A stretch of DNA of 64,000 nucleotides from Spirochaetota bacterium (lineage in GTDB: Bacteria > Spirochaetota > Spirochaetia > Treponematales > UBA12059). Below, in pieces: positions 45,798 to 57,395 of the stretch (its first letter is position 1; each line of letters opens with the position of its first letter). The notes under the pieces are model-generated. The model was not told the origin of the DNA and ran no database searches. It saw only the letters and a list, made by a program, of their open reading frames with translations. The stretch spans positions 215,597 to 279,596 of the forward strand of contig JAPLSN010000042.1 in assembly GCA_026398615.1 (NCBI GenBank). The letters run 5' to 3'. The translations under genes and the position numbers were made by a program.

Positions 45798-48203
45798 TCA
45801 AATGGTGTCCCTGAGCTTATTGAGGAATGTTTTCATCGATTCATCTCCGGCGCCTCTCGACTTTTCGTCCAGGTAGAGCAGTTTGCCGTCCCGCGAGGGA
45901 ATGCTCGCGAGGTCTTCCAGGATCCCGATGAAGTTGAGCACGACTTCCGCCTGCCCGGCTTCCTGGAAGGCTCGTTCGTACCTGCGGAAACGGTCGCACA
46001 GGTCGGGCATCGCCTCCAGCGATTCCCTGGTCGCGAGGAATTCGTCGAGCTTGCCGCGTGCGTCGAGATAGGCGCCCGTTCCGCCCTTCGCGAAGGTCGC
46101 GTCCTCGGCCCTGGCATACGCGGTGAATTGCCGCAAGAGCGATTCGAACTTCACGGCCACGACGCGGAAAGATTCTGCCCGGCGCTCCAGCGAGGCGACC
46201 CGTTCGATCAACGCATCCCGTTCGGTCGTGGTCCGGGCCAAGGTTTCCCTGGTCGTGGCGAGTTCCGCAGCGGACGGATCAGGCGCGGCGGTTTCCGATC
46301 CGGCGACCTGCCGCGTCAGCTCGCCGTTGCGTTTCTGGAGGTCCGCATTACGCTGTGCGAGCTCCCCGTTGGTCCTGGCGAGATCGGCATTCTTCTTCTG
46401 CTCGGCATCGAACGCTTTCCTGAGATCCTCGATCTCCTTCTGGAATGCGGTCGTATCCTGGGGGGCAGCGGCTTGTGTGCTCGCAAGGGATCGCGCTCCG
46501 CGACGGATGCCGTCGAACGCCTGCGACAATTGGTCCGCGTCGGGGTATTTCGATGCCAGCTCGACATAGGCCATGACGGCATCCTCGTACCTGCCGGCAT
46601 CGTACATGCGCCTGGCGGTTTCGAGGGCTGTGGCAGCGTTTTTCGTGGCCAGCAGACGTTTGGCTTGGTCTTCGATGATGTCGCCGGATTTCCATATCCG
46701 TTCAGCCAGGGTCGAACGGCGGGCCGGAGTTATCGCCAATGCCACCATGAGTTGGTCGAAACCGGACTGGACTTTCAGGTAATCGCCGGAGTCGTAGGAA
46801 GCTTCGATGCCGGCGATCGATTTTTCGATCGCGGCGGAACGTGATTTTTCGGTTTCTTCCATCCTTGCGATGAAATACGCGCTGGCGGCCGCTATCTCGG
46901 GAATCGCGGAAAGGGAGAGCCGGTACAGTTCCTCGGCCTTGACGACATCACCCTGCCTGAGGGCAGAGGCGGCGTTGTCGGAATATACCCGTATCGTGGC
47001 GAGCAACGTTGCGGATTCGGCGAGCCTGGAAAGATCGACGGCGCTCTTCGCCTTCTCCGATTCCACGAAACGGCTGAGCGCATCGATGACAAACAGGTCA
47101 GCCGGGCGTCGTTTCTGCATGGACGGGAGCTCGGCGACCGAGGGATCGTCCACGTAGGCCTTGAGCGAAATGATCGCGGCGGCAGCGTCGTTATATCGTT
47201 TTTCATAGACTGCGTCGCGTATACCGGCGTACAGGCCAATGAGACGGTCTTCGGCCGACTTGGACTTTTCCATCTGGTCGTTGAGCCTGGAAAGTTCGCT
47301 TCGCGCCTGCTCCAGCCCGGCATTGGCTTTCGATCGGGCCTCTTCCAGGGCTTTGGAGCGCTCATCGAGCGCTGAGCGCAATTCCTGTTCGCGCTTGCGG
47401 GCATCCTCAAGAAGTCCCTGGCGTTCGGCATTGATCGTCGAAAGGTTAGCCTTGTATTCTTCGCGCAGTTTCTGGAGGTTGTCTTCCATCTGGCGGCGGT
47501 CCACATCGGCCTTTTTCCTGAATTCGTCGAGGACGTTTTCGAATTCCCTTTTCTTCTCCGCTTCGAACTTCTTGAGGCGTTCCTGGATGACGGCTTCGTT
47601 CAAGCCTTGGGCGAAGAGCTTCTCGCGCTCCTTCTGGATCTCGTATTCGAGACGGGCGGCAAGTTCCACTTCCTTGGCCTTGATCCTGGCTTCCATGTCG
47701 GTGATGATCCTCGATTTTTCCTCGTCGAGGGTTTTCATGCGTTCCTGGACGGCCGCCAATTCCTTGTCCTTTTCCTTGAGCTGGACGTCCACTTCCTTCT
47801 TCAGTTCCTGTATGAGTCGTCCTTCCGCGCTCGACAGTTTCGCGGTTCCCGTCGCCTGTTCGTTTTTCCGCCGGCTGAACGACGATGAGAGAAAAACCAA
47901 GCCGAGGGCAATGATGCAGACAGCCGCGACATTGACGATAACGGGCAGGGCCAAGCCATTCTTCCGCGCTTGTACCTGCCAGATCGAAGGATCCGAAGAG
48001 ATGCGGTTGGACGTCGCGATCTTTTCGATATGGTTCAGGATTTCCTTCTGGTCATCCCTGGAGATACCGGAAGACTCGTCGAATGCGAAATCCCCAGGAG
48101 AAGAGACTTCCGTATTTTCCGTCACGTCGGCACCGGGAGGGGTCGGGTTGGCGTGTTCGTCGACCTTATGCTGCGCCTTTTTCAGAAGGCCATCTCCGCT
48201 CAT
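45798..48203 (-). CDS. Large single-pass membrane protein with long coiled-coil and TPR-like segments
   Basis: 801-aa protein with one TM helix (LALPVIVNVAAVCIIALGLVFL). Long heptad-like E/K/R/L-rich stretches are present (for example NADLARTNGELAQRNADLQKRNGELTRQ). Confidence 0.6.
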   Translation of the reverse strand: MSGDGLLKKAQHKVDEHANPTPPGADVTENTEVSSPGDFAFDESSGISRDDQKEILNHIEKIATSNRISSDPSIWQVQARKNGLALPVIVNVAAVCIIALGLVFLSSSFSRRKNEQATGTAKLSSAEGRLIQELKKEVDVQLKEKDKELAAVQERMKTLDEEKSRIITDMEARIKAKEVELAARLEYEIQKEREKLFAQGLNEAVIQERLKKFEAEKKREFENVLDEFRKKADVDRRQMEDNLQKLREEYKANLSTINAERQGLLEDARKREQELRSALDERSKALEEARSKANAGLEQARSELSRLNDQMEKSKSAEDRLIGLYAGIRDAVYEKRYNDAAAAIISLKAYVDDPSVAELPSMQKRRPADLFVIDALSRFVESEKAKSAVDLSRLAESATLLATIRVYSDNAASALRQGDVVKAEELYRLSLSAIPEIAAASAYFIARMEETEKSRSAAIEKSIAGIEASYDSGDYLKVQSGFDQLMVALAITPARRSTLAERIWKSGDIIEDQAKRLLATKNAATALETARRMYDAGRYEDAVMAYVELASKYPDADQLSQAFDGIRRGARSLASTQAAAPQDTTAFQKEIEDLRKAFDAEQKKNADLARTNGELAQRNADLQKRNGELTRQVAGSETAAPDPSAAELATTRETLARTTTERDALIERVASLERRAESFRVVAVKFESLLRQFTAYARAEDATFAKGGTGAYLDARGKLDEFLATRESLEAMPDLCDRFRRYERAFQEAGQAEVVLNFIGILEDLASIPSRDGKLLYLDEKSRGAGDESMKTFLNKLRDTI

Positions 48204-48345
48204 GATTCAACTCCAATGGGTAGTCGGGAATCGGTTCGGCTTTCAAGCACCCCATTCAAGTCTAGCCCCTTTCCGGTCATGCGACAAGGGAGAAGCGGCG
48301 TTTCACCCGTTTGATATCGGTGTCGCAGGCACGGAGGGTTGACTC

Positions 48346-48383
48346 GGAAAAAAGGAAAGGGGCCATCCCGCCGGGACAGCCCC
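48346..48383 (-). terminator. Rho-independent terminator after the biotin-carrier gene
   Basis: Minus strand: GGGGCtgTCCCggcGGGAtgGCCCC followed by TTTCCTTTTTTCC. Confidence 0.65.
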
Positions 48384-48405
48384 CCATGGGCGCGATCGAT
48401 CCGGA

Positions 48406-48777
48406 TCAGGCGAGATCGAGCATGGGATCGCCGGTATTGACGGAAGCGCCCGCCTGGACCCGGAGGGCGCTCACGACGCCATCCATGGTGGCGCAGATCT
48501 CGTTTTCCATTTTCATGGCTTCGAGGATCAGGATGACATCCCCGCGTTTGACCGCCTGGCCGACGGAGACACGGACCGAAATCACGGTGCCTGGCATCGG
48601 AGCCCGTATCGTTCCACTGCCGGTAACCGCCGGCGCCGCCGGCGCGGCGGGCGCGGCAGGGGAAACCAAAGGCGGTGCCGCGGCGGCCGTCGGGGCGAGC
48701 GGCGCGGAAACCCCGCCGAGCTCCTCCACTGAAACGTCGTACTGCTGTCCGTTGACCGTAACCTTGTACTTTTTCAT
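48406..48777 (-). CDS. Biotin carboxyl carrier protein, transcarboxylase 1.3S / MmdC-like
   Basis: MKKYKVTVNGQQYDVSVE N-terminus, an Ala/Pro linker, and the biotinylation motif ILEAMKMENEI. Start ATG 48777 follows GGAG. Confidence 0.85.
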   Translation of the reverse strand: MKKYKVTVNGQQYDVSVEELGGVSAPLAPTAAAAPPLVSPAAPAAPAAPAVTGSGTIRAPMPGTVISVRVSVGQAVKRGDVILILEAMKMENEICATMDGVVSALRVQAGASVNTGDPMLDLA

Positions 48778-48788
48778 CTCAGGGCTCC

Positions 48789-49130
48789 TTAGCTGCGGCG
48801 CTGCTGGCCGAATAATCTGTTGACATGCCCCCATACGGGGGTAGTGAAACCGCCGGACGACGGTTCGATCGCGGCGATCCTGAATGGCGGGGAACTTGCA
48901 CCCCTCGCCGCGGAAACGGCCGCGGTGATCACTGCCACGAGCTGCTGGTCAGCGGATGCCAGTGCGGGCGCAGGCTGCGACCGCGCATCGGGTTCGGACG
49001 CAGGAAATTCCGGGTCCTTCGCGCCGAATAAATGCCGGGAAAACCAGATGACGATGACCATGATGGTCAAGACCGCAAAAACGGTCGCCATGCCGGCGAT
49101 GACCGTGATGGTCGGGTTGAACTGGTACAT
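48789..49130 (-). CDS. OadG-family small membrane protein (decarboxylase gamma / MmdD-like)
   Basis: One N-terminal TM helix, an Ala/Pro-rich linker, then QQLVAVITAAVSAARG. Confidence 0.65.
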   Translation of the reverse strand: MYQFNPTITVIAGMATVFAVLTIMVIVIWFSRHLFGAKDPEFPASEPDARSQPAPALASADQQLVAVITAAVSAARGASSPPFRIAAIEPSSGGFTTPVWGHVNRLFGQQRRS

Positions 49131-49141
49131 CAGAGCGCTCC

Positions 49142-50686
49142 TTACACCGGGAAGTTGCCGTGCTTGCGCGGCACCCTGGTTTCCCGCTTGCCGAGTAGCA
49201 TCGCGAGCGCGCTCGAAAGCCGTCGCCGGGTTTCCGCGGGGGCGATCACGTCGTCGACATAACCGCGGACCGCGGCCTTGTAGGGATTCGCGAATTTCTC
49301 CTTGTACTCGTCGATCTTTTCCTTGCGCGTCGCGGCGGGATCTGCGCTCTCTTCGATCTCCTTCTTGAAGATGATGTTCGCGGCGCCGTCAGGACCCATG
49401 ACCGCGATCTCCGCGCTTGGCCAGGCGAAAACCTGATCCGCGCCGAGATGCTTGGAGCACATCGCGATGTATGCCCCGCCGTATGCCTTGCGGATGATGA
49501 CCGTGAGTTTCGGGACCGATGCCTCGGAGTACGCGTAGAGGAGCTTCGCACCATGGCGGATCACGCCGCCGTGCTCCTGGCCGACGCCGGGCAGGTAGCC
49601 GGCGGTGTCTGTGAGGGTGACGAGCGGGATATTGAACGCGTCGCAGAATCGGATGAACCGGGAAGCCTTGTCCGAAGCGTTGATGTCGAGGACCCCCGCC
49701 AACTCCTTCGGCTGGTTCGCGACGATGCCGACGGAACGTCCTGCCAGGCGAGCGAAGCAGGTCACGATGTTCTTGGCGTAGAGCGGCTGGATCTCGAAGT
49801 AGTCGCCATTGTCGAAGATCCGGGAGATGACCTCGCGGATGTCGTAGGGCTTGTTGGGGGAATCGGGGATGACGTCGGCGAGATCGGCAAGCATTCTCGC
49901 GGGATCGTCGCCGTTCGCAATCACGGGCGAGTCCTCGATGTTGTTCTGGGGAAGGAAGGAAAGAAGTTTCTTGATGCCTTCGATCGTCGCGTTCTCGTTC
50001 GGGAAAGAGCAGTGGGCGACGCCGCTTTGCTCCATGTGGACGGTCGCGCCACCCAAGGTTTCCGCGGAAACATCCTCGCCGGTGACCGCCTTGATGACCT
50101 GGGGGCCCGTGATGAACATGTTCGCGGATTTTTCGGTCATGAAAACGAAATCGGTGAGCGCCGGGGAGTAAACTGCGCCGCCGGCGCAGGGGCCCATGAT
50201 TACCGATATCTGGGGAATGACGCCGGAAGCCTGCGTGTTCCGGTAGAAGATGTCACCGTACCCGGACAGGGCATCGACGCCTTCCTGGATGCGCGCACCG
50301 CCTGAATCGTTGATGCCTATGATCGGGGCGCCGACCTTCACGGCCATATCCATCGCCTTGCAGATCTTGGCAGCGTGCATCTCGCCGAGGCTTCCGCCTA
50401 TGACGGTGAAATCCTGCGCGAACACGTAAACGAGCCGGCCGTTCACCATGCCGTAGCCGATGACGACGCCCTCGCCCGGGGCCTGGATCCTGTCCATCCC
50501 GAGGTCGTCGCATCGATGCTCGACGAATGCGTCGAGTTCGATGAAGCTGCCTGGGTCGAGAAGGGTCAGGATGCGCTCCCTGGCGGTCATCTTTCCCTTT
50601 TGGTGCTGGGCGGCTATGCGCTTCTCGCCGCCTCCGGCGGTGATTCTCTCGCGCCTGGCTTCGAGTTCCTTGATCTTCTTTTCCAT
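49142..50686 (-). CDS. Methylmalonyl-CoA carboxyltransferase 12S / MmdA / propionyl-CoA carboxylase beta family
   Basis: QHQKGKMTARERILTLLDPGSFIELD, GGARIQEG, and the carboxyltransferase N and C domains. Start at MEKKIKELE (ATG 50686). Confidence 0.88.
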   Translation of the reverse strand: MEKKIKELEARRERITAGGGEKRIAAQHQKGKMTARERILTLLDPGSFIELDAFVEHRCDDLGMDRIQAPGEGVVIGYGMVNGRLVYVFAQDFTVIGGSLGEMHAAKICKAMDMAVKVGAPIIGINDSGGARIQEGVDALSGYGDIFYRNTQASGVIPQISVIMGPCAGGAVYSPALTDFVFMTEKSANMFITGPQVIKAVTGEDVSAETLGGATVHMEQSGVAHCSFPNENATIEGIKKLLSFLPQNNIEDSPVIANGDDPARMLADLADVIPDSPNKPYDIREVISRIFDNGDYFEIQPLYAKNIVTCFARLAGRSVGIVANQPKELAGVLDINASDKASRFIRFCDAFNIPLVTLTDTAGYLPGVGQEHGGVIRHGAKLLYAYSEASVPKLTVIIRKAYGGAYIAMCSKHLGADQVFAWPSAEIAVMGPDGAANIIFKKEIEESADPAATRKEKIDEYKEKFANPYKAAVRGYVDDVIAPAETRRRLSSALAMLLGKRETRVPRKHGNFPV

Positions 50687-50831
50687 GACTGACGCTCCAT
50701 CTGTCGAATTCGATATCTGCGAGGATGGGTTTCCGCACTCGACGAACGGCCGTCGCATGAGTCCGCGTTCGAAGCGGCGCTCCTCCGGTGACCGATCATC
50801 CGGGAGAGGATATCCGAAAATCCGCCAATGA

Positions 50832-51230
50832 TCAACGCTGGCAAAGTTCCACGAGAACCCCGTTCGTGGCCTTGGGATGGAGAAAGGCGATTTTCGCGCC
50901 GCCCGCGCCGTACCGGGGCTTTTCGTCAATGAGCCGAACACCCTTCCCCTTCAACTCCGCGAGCGCCTTTTCGATGTCGTCCACCCTGAACGCGATGTGC
51001 TGGATGCCCTGGCCCTTCGCCTCGATGAACTTGGCGATGGGACCCTCGGGGTCCGTGGACTCGAGGAGTTCGATCTCGGTATCGCCGAGCGGAAGGAATG
51101 CCACTTTCACCTTCTGATCGGCCACGGTTTCGGAACCGAGCAGCTTCAGTCCCAACACCCCGGTGTAGAAACTCAGGGTCTCGTCGATGTTTACGACGGC
51201 TATTCCGATATGATCCACTTTGCTTACCAT
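50832..51230 (-). CDS. mce: Methylmalonyl-CoA epimerase (VOC/glyoxalase fold)
   Basis: VDHIGIAV...IELLE...GIQHIAFRVDDI...GAKIAFLHPK pattern in a 132-aa protein. Confidence 0.85.
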   Translation of the reverse strand: MVSKVDHIGIAVVNIDETLSFYTGVLGLKLLGSETVADQKVKVAFLPLGDTEIELLESTDPEGPIAKFIEAKGQGIQHIAFRVDDIEKALAELKGKGVRLIDEKPRYGAGGAKIAFLHPKATNGVLVELCQR

Positions 51231-51343
51231 GGTTCCTCCGTTGTTCTTGATCCATCCCGACGTACTTACCAGGTTGTTGAAAACCAGAAGCTTCTCAACA
51301 CCCTGTTAATGTTCGCACCCGCGGCCGGTCGTTCGATTTCCTT

Positions 51344-52351
51344 CTAACCCATCGCCGCCATGAGATCATCCGCCGCGTCGTGCGGATCGCGCGCACGGTC
51401 GACTACCTCAGCCGAAAGCATCTTCGTCCGTGACCGGATGTCGTCCCGTTCAAGGAGCGCCGTCAGGCGATCCGTGACGACGGAGCGAAGTTCATGCTCG
51501 ACGTTCGCGAGCCGGCGTGCCCTGAGCAGACCTGCCTGGTCGAGTCCGGCCCTGTGACCCTCGATCGCCTTCTTCACGGAATCGACGCCCTCGCCCGTCT
51601 CGGCGATCGTCTTGATCACCGGGGGCAGGCCGTGCGGATCGTCGCTGTATCCGGCCGCAGCCTTTGCGACGCCGTGCCCGGCAAGGGCGAATGGCGGTGT
51701 CGTGCCATTGACGAGCGCGGTTTCGAGCATCCCCTTGATCTCGCGGACGACGCGGTCCGCGCCGTCCCGGTCCGATTTGTTGACGACGAAAACGTCGCCG
51801 ATTTCCATGACGCCGGCCTTGATGGCCTGGATATCGTCGCCGAGGCCGGGTACGGAGACCAGGACGATCGTGTCCGCCAGGCGGACGATATCCACTTCCG
51901 ACTGGCCGACGCCGACCGTTTCGATGATGATCCGGCGGTAGCCTGCCGCGTCCAGGACGCGCACCGTGTCGATCGTGGCTCGCGATACGCCGCCCAGATG
52001 CCCGCGCGTCGCGAGGCTGCGGATGAAAACGCCCTCGTCCGTGGCGTGCGCCTGCATGCGGATGCGGTCGCCGAGGATGGCACCGCCGGTGAACGGGCTG
52101 GATGGGTCCACTGCCACGACGGCAACCGTGAAACCGTCCCGGCGATAGCTCCTTACCAGCTTGTCGACGAGGGTGCTCTTGCCAGAACCCGGGGGGCCGG
52201 TTATCCCGATGACGTGGGCTTCGCCCGTGTGAACGTGAAGGGCCTTGACGATACCGACGATCCCGGGATCGCCGTTGTCGATGCGCGAGATCGTCCTCGC
52301 GATCGCCCTGACGTCGCCGGAACGGATTCCCGCGACGATATCGTCGCTCAT
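51344..52351 (-). CDS. meaB: Methylmalonyl-CoA mutase-associated GTPase MeaB/ArgK
   Basis: GPPGSGKST P-loop, ETVGVGQSE and VVNKSDRDG motifs. Confidence 0.88.
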   Translation of the reverse strand: MSDDIVAGIRSGDVRAIARTISRIDNGDPGIVGIVKALHVHTGEAHVIGITGPPGSGKSTLVDKLVRSYRRDGFTVAVVAVDPSSPFTGGAILGDRIRMQAHATDEGVFIRSLATRGHLGGVSRATIDTVRVLDAAGYRRIIIETVGVGQSEVDIVRLADTIVLVSVPGLGDDIQAIKAGVMEIGDVFVVNKSDRDGADRVVREIKGMLETALVNGTTPPFALAGHGVAKAAAGYSDDPHGLPPVIKTIAETGEGVDSVKKAIEGHRAGLDQAGLLRARRLANVEHELRSVVTDRLTALLERDDIRSRTKMLSAEVVDRARDPHDAADDLMAAMG

Positions 52352-52358
52352 GACCTGG

Positions 52359-52760
52359 TTACGAGTTCCGCTTCAGATTGGCCCGGATGAAATCGATGGT
52401 CACTTTCGTCGGCGTGCCAGGTCCGAAGATTTCGGCGATACCGGCTGACTTGAGGAAAGGGATGTCGCTTTCGGGAATGACGCCGCCCCCGATCACGAGG
52501 ATGTCATCGACCTTCCGCTCCTTGAGGAGTTCCATGACTCTCGGGAACAGGTGGTTGTGGGCGCCGGAGAGTATGCTCATGGCGATGCAGTCGACGTCTT
52601 CCTGCATGCCGGCCTGCACGATCTGCTCGGGCGTCTGCCTGAGTCCGGTATAGATCACTTCCATCCCGGCGTCCCGGAGGGCGCGGGCGATCACCTTGGC
52701 GCCGCGATCGTGGCCGTCAAGACCGGGCTTGGCGACCAGTACGCGAATTTTCCGTTCCAT
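52359..52760 (-). CDS. Methylmalonyl-CoA mutase, stand-alone B12-binding subunit
   Basis: [23 protein letters not shown] (DxHxxG cobalamin-binding motif) in a 133-aa protein. Confidence 0.88.
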   Translation of the reverse strand: MERKIRVLVAKPGLDGHDRGAKVIARALRDAGMEVIYTGLRQTPEQIVQAGMQEDVDCIAMSILSGAHNHLFPRVMELLKERKVDDILVIGGGVIPESDIPFLKSAGIAEIFGPGTPTKVTIDFIRANLKRNS

Positions 52761-52905
52761 GCTGTTCCTCCGGTTACCTGGGTGCCGGAAAAAACGTCAA
52801 CGCTTTTTCCGGCAATGCCGTATTGCAGAGATTCCGCAACGCTTGCCACGAAGCGCGAGGGGTGCGGAGCGGCGGTTGAAAAGCTTCAAGTCGTCCAACA
52901 GCCCT

Positions 52906-54564
<1,659 letters not shown>

Positions 54565-54606
54565 GGTTTTCGATCCTTTCGCGGTCGTCGCCGCGATCCG
54601 GCGCAC

Positions 54607-55140
54607 TCAGGTCTTGACGGCTTTCGCCAGTTCAAAGCCCTTCGCCAACGCCGCGAGATTCAGTTCCTCGGTGCCTTTCGGTACCCGGTTCCTCACCGCT
54701 TCGCCGAGCACCGACTGGCCGACGATCCCCGAGATGCCTGCGAGAGCGCCGAGCGCCACGATGTTCGCAACCACCTTCTTTCCGATATCTTCGGCCGCCG
54801 TCCTGAGGATGGGCACGCTGACGGTCCGTGCGGCGATCTCGTCCGAGAGCTGGACGGAGGAGTCGACAATGATGAGTCCCCTCTTCATGAGCTTGCCGTA
54901 GGTCCTGTATGATTCCTGCGTGAGCGCCAGGAGAAAATCCGGATCCGTCGCCTTGGGGTAATCGATCTCCTCGGCGGAGATCACCACTTCGGCCTTGCTC
55001 GCGCCGCCGCGGGCTTCCGGGCCATAGCTCTGCGTCTGGACCGCGTTCTTGCCGTCGAGAATGGCCGCCTCGGCAAGCACGATGCCGGCAAGGAGGAGAC
55101 CCTGTCCGCCGGACCCGCTCAGTCTGAATTCTGTTCGCAT
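54607..55140 (-). CDS. korC: 2-oxoacid:ferredoxin oxidoreductase gamma subunit
   Basis: Start MRTEFRLSGSGGQGLLLAGIVLAEAA. The tracked 5' extension is out of frame over korB. Confidence 0.8.
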   Translation of the reverse strand: MRTEFRLSGSGGQGLLLAGIVLAEAAILDGKNAVQTQSYGPEARGGASKAEVVISAEEIDYPKATDPDFLLALTQESYRTYGKLMKRGLIIVDSSVQLSDEIAARTVSVPILRTAAEDIGKKVVANIVALGALAGISGIVGQSVLGEAVRNRVPKGTEELNLAALAKGFELAKAVKT

Positions 55141-55979
55141 CCGCGCACTCCTCCCTGGAACTGGTCGAATTTCCGTTGCACCTGCGAGACTACGTTTCCG
55201 TATACTTCCGTGAATTCCGGTTCGGGCGCGGCATGGAGTTCCCCGATCAGGAATTTGCCCGCGAGTCTTTCGGGAGGCAGCGCCGAAGCTGCCTTGACAT
55301 TGACGGCGCCGTCCTTGAACCAGTTGAGCATGTCCACCGCGGATCCGAGCTTGTTCTTCCTGCCGAGATAGGTGGGGCATTGCGTGACGGCTTCGATGAC
55401 CGAGAAGCCCTTGTTGAGGAGAGCCTTCTCGATAAGATCGGTCAGCAGCTGGACGTGGTAGGTGGTCGCCCGTCCGACATAGGTCGCGCCCGCGGCGATG
55501 GCGAGTTTGGACAGGTCGAAGCTGCGTTCGACGTTGCCATAGGGTGCCGTCGTGGCCAGGAAGCCCTTGGGCGTCATCGGCGAATACTGCCCGCTCGTCA
55601 TGCCGTAGATGTTGTTGTTCATCACGATTGTAGTGATATCGATATTCCGTCGGGCGGCGTGGATGAAGTGGTTGCCGCCGATGGCCGTGCAGTCGCCGTC
55701 GCCCGTGAGCACGATGACCTTGAGTTCCGGCTTGGCTACCTTGATCCCCGTCGCGAAGGCGATGGCGCGGCCGTGGGCGGTATGGAGCGTGTCGAAATCC
55801 AGATAGCCCGGCGCGCGGCTCGAACAGCCGATCCCGGACACGATGATGGTCTTGTTCTTGTCGAGTTTCAGGCGCGCGATGGCGCGCGTGAGCGCCCCGG
55901 TTACCGTACCGTGGCCGCAGCCCGGGCACCAGATATGGGGAAGCCTGCCCTGCCTCATGTACTTCATGGATTCGCTCAT
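55119..55979 (-). CDS. korB: 2-oxoacid:ferredoxin oxidoreductase beta (TPP-binding) subunit
   Basis: WCPGCGHG and the GDGDCTAIGGNH TPP motif. Confidence 0.85.
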   Translation of the reverse strand: MSESMKYMRQGRLPHIWCPGCGHGTVTGALTRAIARLKLDKNKTIIVSGIGCSSRAPGYLDFDTLHTAHGRAIAFATGIKVAKPELKVIVLTGDGDCTAIGGNHFIHAARRNIDITTIVMNNNIYGMTSGQYSPMTPKGFLATTAPYGNVERSFDLSKLAIAAGATYVGRATTYHVQLLTDLIEKALLNKGFSVIEAVTQCPTYLGRKNKLGSAVDMLNWFKDGAVNVKAASALPPERLAGKFLIGELHAAPEPEFTEVYGNVVSQVQRKFDQFQGGVRGCEQNSD

Positions 55980-57130
55980 TTCGAAGCCTCCGCGGTGCGG
56001 GCGGCGCCGTTCGTGATCACCGACAGGATTTCCTCCGGACGGAACAATTCGCCGTTGACCTTGCCGAGCCGTTCAACCGCAGCGCGGCGGGCCACTGCCC
56101 GTTCGACTTCGCCTGCGAGCTGCCCGAGGTTCATTTCGGGAACGATGACACGCTTGACGTGCCCCATGATGCCATCGAAAGTGGCTTCCGGGAAGGGCCA
56201 GATGGTTTTCAGCCTGAGGAGGCCGGCCTTGATCCCGTTCTTCCTCGCCTGCCGGACGGCGCTGAGCGCCGACATGGCGGAGCACCCGAACGTGACGACG
56301 AGGGTATCGCAATCATCGACGCCCTCGACCGCGTAGTCCCTGATCTCGGGCTCGTTCTTCTCCACCTTGAGGTTGATGCGCCTGAGCAGGGTATCCGCCA
56401 CCTCGCCTTTGTTGGAAGGGAAACCCGTCTCGTCGTGGAAGAGTCCGGTGACGTGCCAGCGGAATCCCTCACCGAACGGAGCCATGTCGGGCACGCCGCC
56501 GTTCGGGTCGGCCGCATAGGGCACGTAGCTGCCAGGGGCCGCCGGCGCCTTGCGGTTGACCACCTTGATCGACGACTGTTCGGGGAGGATCACTTTTTCA
56601 CGCATGTGTCCTATGACCTCATCCATGAGGACAATGACCGGCACACGGTATTTTTCCGCGAGATTGAAGGCGCGTACGGTGAGTTCGAAGCATTCCTTCA
56701 CGTTTCCGGGGGCCAGCACGATGACCGGATGGTCGCCATGCGTGCCCCAACGGGCCTGCATTACATCCCCCTGTGCCGGAGATGTGGGCATGCCCGTGGA
56801 CGGCCCCATGCGCTGCACGTTGATGATGACGATGGGGATTTCGCAGAGGCTCGAATAGCCGATGCATTCCTGCATGAGCGAGAACCCGGGCCCGCTCGTC
56901 GCGGTCATCGATTTCTTGCCCGTGAGCGAGGCGCCGATGATCGCCGCGATGGAACCGATCTCGTCTTCCATCTGGAGGAATTTTCCTCCCAGCTTCGGAA
57001 GTTCCTCGGCGCAGAGTTCCGCGATCTCCGTCGAAGGCGTTATCGGGTAGCCGGCGAAGAATTCCAGCCCCGCCGCGAGGGCGCCGAGGGTGCAGGCTTC
57101 ATTGCCCTGCATGAGCTTGGCGTTAGGCAT
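55976..57130 (-). CDS. korA: 2-oxoacid:ferredoxin oxidoreductase alpha subunit
   Basis: MQGNEACTLGALAAGLEFFAGYPITPSTEI N-terminus. Substrate (2-oxoglutarate versus another 2-oxoacid) cannot be determined from sequence alone. Confidence 0.85.
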   Translation of the reverse strand: MPNAKLMQGNEACTLGALAAGLEFFAGYPITPSTEIAELCAEELPKLGGKFLQMEDEIGSIAAIIGASLTGKKSMTATSGPGFSLMQECIGYSSLCEIPIVIINVQRMGPSTGMPTSPAQGDVMQARWGTHGDHPVIVLAPGNVKECFELTVRAFNLAEKYRVPVIVLMDEVIGHMREKVILPEQSSIKVVNRKAPAAPGSYVPYAADPNGGVPDMAPFGEGFRWHVTGLFHDETGFPSNKGEVADTLLRRINLKVEKNEPEIRDYAVEGVDDCDTLVVTFGCSAMSALSAVRQARKNGIKAGLLRLKTIWPFPEATFDGIMGHVKRVIVPEMNLGQLAGEVERAVARRAAVERLGKVNGELFRPEEILSVITNGAARTAEASK

Positions 57131-57395
57131 GGTCAGCCTCCGGTGAGATCGCGTAATCCAAATCGGAAGCGTCCCGTTCGTTCTTCCCGTTTGCGCCTTC
57201 TTCCAAGACCTCGATCGCGAAGTCGGGACAGCGGAATTCGCAAAGGTGGCATCCGATGCAGAGCTCGGGATGTTCCGCGAAGACCTTGCCCTTTTTCAGG
57301 ATGAGCACCTGTTTCGGGCAAAAGGCTACGCAGATATTGCATCCCTTGCACCATTTCTCGCGGATGATGTGCTTGAAGGTCTTTTTTTCAGCCAT
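57123..57395 (-). CDS. korD: 2-oxoacid:ferredoxin oxidoreductase delta (2x[4Fe-4S] ferredoxin) subunit
   Basis: CKGCNICVAFCP and CIGCHLCEFRCP. Confidence 0.85.
   Translation of the reverse strand: MAEKKTFKHIIREKWCKGCNICVAFCPKQVLILKKGKVFAEHPELCIGCHLCEFRCPDFAIEVLEEGANGKNERDASDLDYAISPEADHA

Noticed and set aside
50687-50831. Two intergenic gaps of identical length (145 nt: 50687-50831 and 52761-52905) in the methylmalonyl-CoA cluster, suspected to be repeat copies or a B12 riboswitch
   Set aside because: The two sequences are unrelated on inspection, and no B12-box-like element was seen. The AT-stem hairpin CCGGAAAAAA/TTTTTCCGG at 52785-52812 is noted, but it is not a convincing terminator or riboswitch.
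51255-51300. Partial palindrome around AGAAGCTTCT (GTTGAAAACCAGAAGCTTCTCAAC) upstream of the epimerase gene, considered as an operator
   Set aside because: The arms are imperfect, it is a single occurrence, and no associated regulator gene was found. The evidence is too weak to call.
52835-52848. TGGCAAGCGTTGCG (minus strand), resembling a sigma-54 -24/-12 element between the mutase subunit genes
   Set aside because: The GG-to-GC spacing is two nt shorter than the consensus TGGCAC-N5-TTGC.
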